Positions 1-8,634 of a DNA stretch of 14,789 nt are shown here, one piece after another. The position numbers were made by a program, and so were the translations under genes. Positions within the stretch are counted from its first letter, which is position 1. Each line of letters starts with the position of its first letter. Under the pieces are notes generated by a model. It ran no database searches. It worked only from the letters and a program-made list of their open reading frames with translations, and was not told the origin of the DNA. The stretch spans positions 1-14,789 of the forward strand of contig CDRNVI010000228.1 of the NCBI GenBank assembly GCA_977017575.1, given 5' to 3'. Source of the DNA: Paramoeba atlantica (Eukaryota > Protista > Discosea).

Positions 1-1
1 A

Positions 2-556
2 AACAAAGAAGGAGAATTGATTCAATCTTTTGGATCAGTTGGTTCTGAAGATGGTCAGTTTCGTGATCCATATGGTGTGGATGTGGATGAAGAAGGTAGA
101 ATTATTGTTTGCGATACTGAAAATCATCGGATTCAAGTGTTTGATTATGATGGATCTTTTCTTCATTCTTTTGGTTCAAAAGGTTCTTCTGAAGGTCAGT
201 TTAACAATCCTCATGGTGTTGCAGTTAATCAAGATGGGGATATTGTTATTTCTGATTGTGGGAATCATCGGATTCAAGTGATGGATATTGAAGGGAATTT
301 TATTCGATGTTTTGGAACAAGAGGTTCGAGTGATTCTCAATTCAAAGATCCAATAAGTGTTGATGTGGATGGGGAAGGTAGAATTGTTGTTTGTGATTCA
401 GAAAATAGAAGAGTGAGTGTGTTTGAGAAAGATGGAACATTTCTTTTTTCGTTTGGTCAACATCACATGAAATATCCTCATGGACTTGTTATTGATTCAT
501 TTGGAACAATTATTGTTTCAGATTGGGCGAAAGGTTTAATTGAAATGTGGAATTAA
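2..556 (+). CDS. TRIM-NHL paralog copy 1, 5'-partial (NHL blades 3-6, C-terminus)
   Basis: Frame is open from base 2 (NKEGELIQSFG...) to TAA 554-556. It has four NHL repeats (F-x-x-P-x-G/S-[VL]...D-x-x-N-x-R-[IV]-[QS]-V) and is colinear with the C-termini of the full copies. Confidence 0.93.
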   Translation, partial: NKEGELIQSFGSVGSEDGQFRDPYGVDVDEEGRIIVCDTENHRIQVFDYDGSFLHSFGSKGSSEGQFNNPHGVAVNQDGDIVISDCGNHRIQVMDIEGNFIRCFGTRGSSDSQFKDPISVDVDGEGRIVVCDSENRRVSVFEKDGTFLFSFGQHHMKYPHGLVIDSFGTIIVSDWAKGLIEMWN

Positions 557-717
557 CCTTGAAGAGATGAGGGGTTCAGTATTTTCTTTTCTCTCTTTCT
601 TTTTTCTTTTTTGTTCTCTTTTGGATTTTGTTTTAATTTTATCACTTTACTTTGTTCTTTTGTTTCCTTTTTTTTCCTGTTTTACTTCATATTTACTCTC
701 TTTTAGAGAAATTGCCC

Positions 718-1170
718 TGCACTCTTTGCCTCAACAAACTCTTTCTTCAAATTCCTTCTTCCTCTTCTTCCTCTTCTTCTTCCCCTTCTCCATCTCCCTC
801 TTTTCTTCTTTGAAAGGAGTGAAATCCGGTGTGTTGCGTGAACGAATGTGAAAGCGTTGAAACACTTTCAATGAATTATTTGATTCCAGAAACGATTGAT
901 GTTCTTCTTTCTTCTTGATCTCTTTCTCCCACCAACCAGGTTTTCTTTCTTTTTTTTGAGAGAATGTTATTGCAAAGTTGAAAAAACATGTTTTTTGAAA
1001 AACAAAACAACAGGAGATGAATCAGAATGTGCGAATTTCGAAACAGTGTGAAGAACAAACTCGAATGTTTTGTTCTCTTTGCAACATGTTTATTCAAATC
1101 TTTTTGCAAGGTTTTTTATTCTTATTTTCATTTATTTATTTGTTTTTGTGTTGTTGATGGTTTGTGTCTT
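718..1170 (+). pseudogene. Internally deleted TRIM-NHL remnant (RING second half, intron, start of B-box1, 3' UTR)
   Basis: Reads CTLCLNKLFL-Ser tract, then frameshifts (TGA 811-813; the first Cys codon of CPVC is damaged near 825), then NECESVETLSMNYLIPETIDVLLS. The intron at 940-1013 follows, then a B-box1 start (CEEQTRMFCSLCNMFI after a 1-nt shift). Near 1095 it jumps to sequence resembling the copy 3 3' UTR (AAGGTTTTTTATTCTTATTTT...TTTTTGTGTTGTTG). Confidence 0.82.
940..1013 (+). other. Spliceosomal intron remnant (74 nt), homolog of the RING/B-box intron
   Basis: CCAG|GTTTTC donor and ACAACAG|GAGAT acceptor. The acceptor context CATGTTTTTTGAAAAAC...AACAGGAGAT is nearly identical to that of copy 2. 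Confidence 0.7.
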
Positions 1171-1267
1171 TTGGTTTTTTAATATTTGCTGAGAATGTTT
1201 TTTTGAGTTTGTGTTTTTCTTTGAAATGGATGGTTTTACTTTTTGGGTCGAGCCTCCCTTATCCAAA

Positions 1268-1800
1268 TTTTAGTCTCTGCCTCTGGCGCCTGCTTTGATT
1301 TTGTTCTCCTTCTTCCACTTTTGATTTCTCTGCATTAATAATAACTCTTCTCTCTTTCTTTCTTCTTCATCTCTCAATTGATTAACCAAAATATAAAGGA
1401 TATCCTTCCCCCAATTCAAAAAGGGAGAAAAAAAAGAAAAAAAATGTTTTAAGTCTTGAGTTTGTATTGAGGAAGAGGAAGTCTTTTTAATATTTGAAGC
1501 AGATTTCCACCACATAAAACGAAACACAAGAGAATACTCAAAGAGAGACCTATTTTTTCTGGGCAACAAAAAAAAGATCAGTAATTCCGAAAGAAAAAGA
1601 AAAAAAAACAGAAAAAAAAACAAATAAAATAAAAATAACAAAAACAGCTCAACAGCGGCTCATGGACACTTTCTGAGATCTCTCTCTTCTTAAATTGAAA
1701 CTCAAATTAAGATTAAGCTTTTAACATCAAAAAATCTCAAAAAAAAACAGGGAGAAAATGGAAAATAATAATCAACAGAAGATGAAAAAACAAACCTCTT
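1268..1800 (-). repeat. Duplicated 3' flank of copy 2, including a dispersed spacer element ending CAGAGACTAAAA
   Basis: Aligns by eye with 7686..8310. Shared blocks include TTTTAGTCTCTG, CCCCAATTCAAAAAGG, TTTTAAGTCTTGA, ATTTCCACCAC and CTCAAAGAGAGACC. Confidence 0.8.
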
Positions 1801-3588
1801 TCAAAATGATTTCCAAAATTCAATTGACTTTTTCTCATTATCTGAAACAATAATTGTTCCAAATGAATCAATAACAATCCCAGAAGGATACTTCATGTGA
1901 TCTTCACCAAACGAAAAAAGAAATGTTCCATCTTTCTCAAACACACTCACTCTCCCATTTCCTGAATCACAAACAACAATTCTACCTTCCCCATCCACAT
2001 CAACACCTTCTGGACCACAGAATTGAGAATCACCTGAACCAAATGTTCCAAAACATCGAATAAAATTCCCTTCAATGTCCATCACTTGAATCCGACCATT
2101 GTCATAATCACAAACAACAATATTTCCATCTCCATCAATTCCAACACCATGAGGTAAATAATAATCCCCACTTTGCAAATTAACAGAATGAAGAAAAGAT
2201 CCATCATTATCAAACACTTGAATTCGATCATTCAAAGTATCACAAACAATAATTCTACCTTCTCCATCCACATCCACACCACTCACACCCTCTTCACGAC
2301 CAAGTCGAGTCTCTCCAAATGATTGAATCAATTCTCCTTCTTTGTTTAAGATTACAACTCGCGGGTCGTCGAGAGAGAGATCAAGAACAACAATTTGATC
2401 ATTCAATCCAATTGAAACATCAACAGGTTTCAAATGAAGTGAATCAATTGTTTTCTGAATTGTTGATTCAATCATCTCATTTCCTTCTTTATCTCTCACT
2501 TTCAATCCAACCCCATCTTCACAAATAAAAATATTCCCATCACTGTTCACACTCACTCCCAAAGGTTTTTCATTCAAACGAAAAGAAGAAACAAAACGAA
2601 AAGAATCACCACCACCATCACAACAAATCACTCCTTTCTTTGGTTTCAGTAATCCAGCTTCAGAAACAATATCAGTTGCAGTTTGAAGAAGAGTTGAAAA
2701 AAGTTGATCATCAAAAAAGAGAGAAACATCACAATCAGTTGTTGTTGTTGTTGTTGTTGTTGGTGGTGTGTTGGATAAACGAATAATTGAATCTTTTCTG
2801 ATTCTCAAATCTTCTTTCTCCAATTCTATTTCTTTCTTTTCAATTCTTTTCTTTTCTAATTTCTCTTCTAATTCTTTCATTTCTTTTTCAATCCTTTTTC
2901 TTTTCCTCTCAATCAAAATCAATCTTTTCTCCAATTTATCTCCAACCTTTACAACTTCGTCCCTTTTCTCTAAAATACTTTCTTCAATCGATTTCACTTT
3001 CTTTCTGTGATCATCGTGTGTTTCAAGAACACAACGAAGACAAACAAAAGAAGAACATTGAAAAACAATATCCACTGATTGTTTCAGATGGGTGTTTTGA
3101 ACATTCTCTCTTCTTCAAATTCTCTAATCCCATCACTCCCACCACCACCCCTCCCTCCTCTTCCAATCTTCTTCTTCCACCTCCCTCAACACCATCTCTT
3201 TTAGATCGTTTGTGATTTCGAGAGAAAATAGAAGAAGTGTGAGATGGATCACAAGAATCACAAATAAACATTTTACAATCAGAACAAAACATTTGAGTTC
3301 GTTCTCCACACGTTCCGAAATTCACACATTCTGATCCACCATCTCCTGTTGTTGTTTTTCAAAAAACATGTTTTTTTCTCACAAAGGAAGAGAGGAAAGA
3401 AAGTGAGAGTTCAAAAAATGAAGAAAATAAAGAAAGAAAAACCTGATTGATTGGAGAAAGAGATCAAATTGGAAGAAAGAAGAAGATCAATTGTTTCTGG
3501 AATCAAATAATTTATCGAAAGTGTTTCAATACTTCCACATTCGTTCACTTCGCAACACACTGGACATTTCACTCCTTTCAAAGAAGGC

Positions 3589-3623
<35 letters not shown>

Positions 3624-3973
3624 GGAAGAGGGAGAAGAGATGGGGAAGAAGAAAAAGAAGAAGAAGAAGAAGAAGAAGAAGGGTTTTGAAGAAGAAAGAG
3701 TTTTTTGAGACAAAGAAAACAAAAAGAAAGGCCACAACAAGGTAACAACCTTGGTTCTTTCTCCCAACTCATCAACTCCAAACATATCCCACATTCAAAT
3801 CTTTTCTTTTCTCTTCTTCTTCCTTTCTTCTCTTTGTTGCCACTTCTCCATCTCCTTCTCTTTCTCTTTGTTTTTCTTTCTCTTTCTCCTCTTTTGGTTT
3901 TTCTCTTTTTCTCACTTTCCAATTCTGTTCCTTCTTCTTCTCCTCTCTTTCTCTTTTCTCTTTTTTCACTCAT
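1801..3973 (-). pseudogene. TRIM-NHL copy 2 (RING-Bbox1-Bbox2-CC-6xNHL), complement(join(1801..3345,3443..3973)); frameshifted, either a pseudogene or assembly indels
   Basis: ATG 3973 (MSEKREKRK) and TGA 1801-1803. All domains are recognisable across ORFs 3578..4084, 3411..3794, 3023..3325 and 1801..3075. There is a frameshift in the RING Ser tract (~3635-3642), a T5-for-T4 insertion in B-box2 (3061-3065), and two mutually compensating indels (~3887, ~3807-3810). The coiled-coil/NHL part is open. Confidence 0.85.
3346..3442 (-). other. Phase-1 intron (97 nt) between the RING exon and the B-box/NHL exon of copy 2
   Basis: TCAG|GTTTTT donor and AACAACAG|GA acceptor. Splicing joins SNQS-G-DGGSECVNFGTC in frame, at the same position as in copies 3 and 4. 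Confidence 0.82.
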
Positions 3974-3978
3974 TTTGT

Positions 3979-4097
3979 CTGTGAGGAAAAAGAGATCAAT
4001 CAACAAGAAGAAGAAGAAATACAAAAGGGAGAAGGTAAAAATGAGTAATTTGAAACAAAAAGAAAAAGAAAAGAAAAAAAACAAACATTTGCTTCAC
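3979..4097 (-). other. Putative 5' UTR intron of copy 2 (119 nt)
   Basis: AATTG|GTGAAG donor and pyrimidine tract + CTCACAG|ACAAAATG acceptor just before the ATG. It is homologous to 4941..5014. Confidence 0.6.
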
Positions 4098-4254
4098 CAA
4101 TTTCCAATTTGAGAAAATAACAAGAGAACAAACAACAAAGACCCCAAAAAATATCAAGAGAGGGGGAAGAGAAATCTCTGTGATAAGAAAAGGGGAGGAG
4201 TCAAAAAACCAAAACAGGGTAGATCAAAGAGGCCACAAACAAAACAATGGAGAA

Positions 4255-4258
<4 letters not shown>

Positions 4259-4284
<26 letters not shown>
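4259..4284. repeat. (AG)13 microsatellite
   Basis: Perfect dinucleotide run in the divergent intergenic region. Confidence 0.9.
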
Positions 4285-4285
<1 letters not shown>

Positions 4286-4551
4286 CTGAGGAGTTGTTTG
4301 AGCTGTTGACAGTTATTGGAGACAATAACTTCTTGCGTTTTTCTCTGGTCAGATTTTTAGTGAGAGAAAAAAATGCCAAACGAGAAAGAGTCTTTCTTAC
4401 AATTTTCAAAAAGAGATGAAAGAATTTTGGTCCAAGAAGAAAAACACACAATAAAGATGAAAAAAGTGACACGAAATCAGAGAGAGAGAGAACCAACAGA
4501 AGACGAGAAAGAAAGAAGAAAAACAGAAAAACAGAAAAACAGGAAAAAAGA

Positions 4552-4642
4552 GAAAAAAAGGAAGGGTACGAAAAGAGGATTCAAAACTTTTTAAACCTCT
4601 GAAAAAAATATCACAAAAACACACCAAAAACTTTTTCTTTTT
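4552..4642 (+). promoter_or_regulatory. Conserved upstream non-coding block of copy 3 (putative core promoter/TSS)
   Basis: 91 nt with one mismatch to the reverse complement of 11490..11580, upstream of copy 4 in the same relative orientation. It lies at a purine-to-pyrimidine strand switch. The function is inferred. Confidence 0.55.
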
Positions 4643-4940
4643 TTCGTTTTTCCCTCTCTTGTCTCTTCTCTCTTCTCTCTGTCACCCTTTCTCTTTCTCC
4701 TCCCTTCTCTTTGAGACACTCTGCAAATTGTTTTTTGGTTTTCTCTTTTTGTCTGGTGTGGGATAGTTTTGGTTTGTTCTTTTTCTTTTTCATTTTGTGT
4801 GTGTTTTCTCCCTCACATTTCTTTTCTTTTCTTTCAGAGATATCTTTCCCCCTCTCTTGTTTGACCTCTTCTTATCTTGAGTTCATTTTTGGGAAGGTGT
4901 TTTGTTTGTTCTTTGTCTTTGATCTTTGTTTTCTAAATTG

Positions 4941-5014
4941 GTGAGGAAAACTAATGTTTGTTTTTTTCTTTTCTTTTCTTTCTTTTTTTGTTGATTGATT
5001 TCTTTTTCCCACAG
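4941..5014 (+). other. Putative 5' UTR intron of copy 3 (74 nt)
   Basis: AATTG|GTGAGG donor and pyrimidine tract + CCCACAG acceptor 13 nt before ATG 5028. It is conserved in copy 2. Confidence 0.62.
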
Positions 5015-5027
5015 AGAGAGAGACAAA

Positions 5028-7383
5028 ATGAGTGAAAAAAGAGGAAAGAGAAAAAGAGGAGGAGAAGAAGGAACAAAATTAGAAAGTGAGAAAAAGAGAA
5101 AAACCAAAAGAGGAAAGAAAGAGAAAGAAGATGATGTTGATGTTGTTGTAATTGAAGAAGAAGAGGATGATCAAATAGAACAAAGAGAAAGAAGAAATGA
5201 GGATGTTCTTGGAAAGAGAGAACAAGAAGTAGGACAAAATGAAGGAGAAGGAGAGGAAGAAAGAGAAAGAGAAGAAGAAGTGGTGATGAAAAGAAGAAGA
5301 AAGGAAGAAGAAGAGAAAAAGAAAAGATTTGAATGTGGAATATGTTTGGAATTGATGAGTTGGGAAAAAGAACCAAGGTTGTTACCTTGTTGTGGTCTTT
5401 CTTTTTGTACTCTTTGTCTCAACAAACTCTTTCTTCTTCAAAATCCTTCCTCTTCTTCTTCTCCCTCTTCTCCTTCTTCCTCTTCTTCATCCCCCTCTCC
5501 CATTTCTTCTTTGAAAGGAGTGAAATGTCCAGTTTGTAGAGAAATGAACGAATGTGAAAGCGTTGAAACACTTTCGATGAATTATTTGATTCCAGAAACG
5601 ATTGATGTTCTTCTTTCTTCAAATTTGATCTCTTTATCCCAACAATCAACTTCAGGTTTCATCTTCTTGATTTTTTTTTTCTTTTTTCTTTCTTTTCTTT
5701 TGTTGTTTTTGAACTGAGCCCCAAGACCACCCAATTCGACCCACCCACTCCTAAACCCAACATTCACTGACTTAGTTCTTCTTTTTTAAATACACAAACA
5801 AATCAGGAGAAGCTAAAAGAAGATGTGCGAATTTTGGAGCGTGTGGAGAACGAACTCGAATGTATTGTTCTGATTGTAAAGTCTTTATTTGTGATTCTTG
5901 TGATCCATCTCACTCTTCTTCCATTTTCTCTCGAAATCACAAACGATCTCAACAACAAAATGTTCCTTGTGGTGAGCAGAGTGATGGAGGAGGTGGAAGA
6001 AGAAGATTGGAAGAGGAGGGAGTGGTGATGGGAGTGGGATTGGAGAATTTGAAGAAGAGAGAATGTTCAAAACACCCATCTGAAACAATCAGTGGATATT
6101 GTTTTCAATGTTCTTCTTTTGTTTGCCTTCGTTGTGTTCTTGAAACACATGTTCAACACATTGAGAAAGTGAAATCAATTGAAGAAAGTATTTTAGAGAA
6201 AAGGAATGAAGTTGTAAAGATTGGAGATAAATTGGAGAAAAGATTGGAGATTGTGGAAAAGAAAAGAAAAAAGATTAAAGAAGAAATGAAAGAATTAGAA
6301 GAGAAATTAGAAAAGAAAAGAATTGAAAAGAAAGAAATAGAATTGGAGAAAGAAGATTTGAGAATAAGAAAAGATTCAATTATTCGTTTATCCAACACAC
6401 CAACAACAACAACAACAACAACAACTGATTGTGATGTTTCTCTCTTTTTTGATGATCAACTTTTTTCAACTCTTCTTCAAACTGCAACTGATATTGTTTT
6501 TGAAGGAGGTGTTGTAGAGTTCCCAAAACCAAAGAAAGGAGTGATTTGTTGTGATGGTGGTGGTGATTCTTTTCGTTTTGTTTCTTCTTTTCCTTTGAAG
6601 AGGGAATCTTATGGAATGAGTGTGAACAGTGATGGGAATATTTTTGTTTGTGAAGATGGGGTTGGTGGATTGAAAGTGAGAGATAAAGAAGGAAATGAGA
6701 TGATTGAATCAACAATTCAGAAAACAATTGATTCACTTCAATTGGATCCTGTTGATGTTTCAATTGGATTGAATGATCAAATTGTTGTTCTTGATTGGTC
6801 TCAAGATTGTTGTCGAGTTGTGATATTAAACAAAGAAGGAGAATTGATCAAATCTTTTGGGTCAGATAGTTCTGAAGATGGTCAGTTTAATGATCCATAT
6901 GGTGTGGGTGTGGATGAAGAAGGTAGATTTATTGTTTATGATACTTGGAATCATCGAATTCAAGTGTTTGATAATGATGGATCTTTTCTTCATTCTTTTG
7001 GTTCAAAAGGTTCTTCTGAAGGTCAATTTAATGAACCAAGAAGTGCTGTGGTTGATAGAGATGGGAATATTGTTATTTCTGATTGTAAAAATCATCGGAT
7101 TCAAGTGATGGATATTGAAGGGAATTTTATTCGATGTTTTGGAACAAGAGGTTCAGGTGATTCTCAATTGAGGTATCCAAAAGGTGTTGATGTGGATGGG
7201 GAAGGTAGAATTGTTGTTTGTGATTCAGGAAATGGAAGAGTGAGTGTGTTTGAGAAAGATGGAACATTTCTTTTTTCGTTTGGTCAACCTCACCTGAAGA
7301 ATCCTTTTGGGGTTGTTATTGATTCATTTGGAACAATTATTGTTTCAGATTCTGACCAAAAGTCAATTGAATTTTGGAAATAA
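5028..7383 (+). CDS. TRIM-NHL E3 ubiquitin ligase copy 3, intact, join(5028..5655,5807..7383), 734 aa: basic N-terminus, RING, B-box1, B-box2, coiled coil, six NHL repeats
   Basis: RING is CGIC...LPCCGLSFCTLC...CPVC. B-box1 is CANFGAC..CSDC..CDSC...H..H. B-box2 is CSKH..CFQC..CLRC..H..H. An E/K-rich heptad region and six NHL blades follow, ending at TAA 7381-7383. Spliced length 628+1577=2205 nt is divisible by 3. Confidence 0.92.
5656..5806 (+). other. Phase-1 intron (151 nt) of copy 3
   Basis: TCAG|GTTTCA donor, branch-like CACTGAC at 5765-5771 and AAATCAG|GA acceptor. An in-frame TAG at 5773 upstream of exon 2 makes splicing necessary. Confidence 0.88.
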
Positions 7384-7685
7384 TTTTGAAAGAGAAGGTT
7401 TTTTTATTCTTATTTTTCTTTTTTTATTGTTTTTTGTGTTGTTGTTGGATGAGTGAAAAAGAATTTTCTTTTCTTTTTTGTATTTTTTTTGATTTGATTT
7501 TTTGATGTTTATTTTCCTTAAACCTTTCATGAAAGGAACACCGCCCCTTTGTTTCTCCAACAATTAGAGCTGTTTATTATTTTTGGTTTTTTTTTGCATT
7601 TTGTATTTTCATTATTATTTCTTTTTCTTTTGTTGTTTTTGGTTTTCATTTTTTGATTGATTTATCGACCACTTTTCCCCCTTCA

Positions 7686-8310
7686 TTTTAGTCTCTGGCT
7701 CTGGCGCTTTGATTTTATTCTCCTTCTACCACTTTCGATTTTCTTCACATCAATAATAACTCTTCTCTCCTCGCACTCTCTTTCTTTCTTCATCTCTCAA
7801 TTTGTTGTTTCTTTTTGTTTTTTTGATTTTGGGGTGGGGTATTTCTCAATTGCTCTTTTGATCAACCAACAAAAATATCCTTCCCCCAATTCAAAAAGGA
7901 AGAAATAAAAAGAAAAATAAAATATTTTAAGTCTTGAATGAATTTCAATCAATTGGATAAACGAAAGAGGATTTGGTTGTAGTGGAGAAGGAGGAGCAGA
8001 AGAAGAGAGGAAGTCTTTTTTTGACGTAAAATTGAAGCATTTCCACCACACAAAACTCAAAGAGAGACCAATTTTTCTGGTCAACAAAAAAAGATCAGAA
8101 AGTGATTCTAAAAAAACAAATCAAAATATCATTTCAAAAATAAAAAAATAAAACAAAATCACCCAAAAAAACAAAAACCATCTCTCACAAAAAAAGATAC
8201 AAAATAAAATGTCATTACATTGAAAAAAAAAACAACAAAAATGAGAAGAAAAAAAAAGAGAGAGAAAATGGAAAATAAGAATCAAAAAAACCTTCTCTTC
8301 AAACCTCTTT
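7686..8310 (-). repeat. Second copy of the 3' flank/spacer element (paralog of 1268..1800; part also matches 13080..13362 inverted)
   Basis: Shares blocks with 1268..1800. GAAGGAGAATAAAATCAAAGCG is identical to the stretch near 13285-13306 on the opposite strand. Confidence 0.8.
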
Positions 8311-8527
8311 TCAAAATGATTTCCAAAATTCAATCGACTTGTTCTCATAATCTGAAACAATAATTGTTCCAAATGAATCAACAACAACCCCATAAGGTTC
8401 TTTCATATGATCTTTCCTGAATCACAAACAACAATTCTACCTTCCCCATCCACAGCAACTCCTGTTGGACAATCGAATTGAGAATCACCTGAACCTTGTG
8501 TTCCAAAACATCGAATAAAATTCCCTT
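8311..8527 (-). pseudogene. Orphan NHL blade 5-6 cassette
   Basis: Reads GNFIRCFGTQGSGDSQFDCPTGVAVDGEGRIVVCDSG, then a ~55-nt frameshifting deletion near 8413, then DHMKEPYGVVVDSFGTIIVSDYENKSIEFWKSF* (TGA 8311-8313). No upstream TRIM sequence is attached. Confidence 0.9.
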
Positions 8528-8534
8528 AAACCAT

Positions 8535-8634
8535 CTGATGATTGAAAGTATAACAGTAATATTATAATAATTCATGCACCGTTGGATCAATCTCGGGAAG
8601 AATAAATACAACATTCAAAAGAACGAATACTTAC
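8535..8634 (-). other. Putative intron (100 nt) of the LRR-like remnant
   Basis: Consensus GTAAGT donor at 8634 and TTTCAATCATCAG acceptor at 8535. Confidence 0.6.

Noticed and set aside
30-281. Recurrent alternate-frame ORFs MDQ.VLKMVS... (also 6857..7108, 9690..9923, 13983..14177) and antisense MLDKRIIESF... ORFs
   Set aside because: They recur only because the underlying NHL and coiled-coil DNA is duplicated. They are shadows of the real frame with no independent features.
1801-3075. Treating the listed ORFs (1801..3075, 4995..5717, 5860..7383, 9397..10761, 10823..11395) as separate genes with the listed starts
   Set aside because: A conserved phase-1 intron joins the RING exons to the B-box/NHL exons in frame. 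The listed starts are internal or non-ATG.
3411-5767. Numerous Phe/Leu/Ser-rich or Lys/Arg/Glu-rich ORFs here and at 10837..13727 suggesting membrane or basic proteins
   Set aside because: They are translations of polypyrimidine/polypurine tracts, mostly with non-ATG starts. They overlap real exons, introns or UTRs and have no domain signal.
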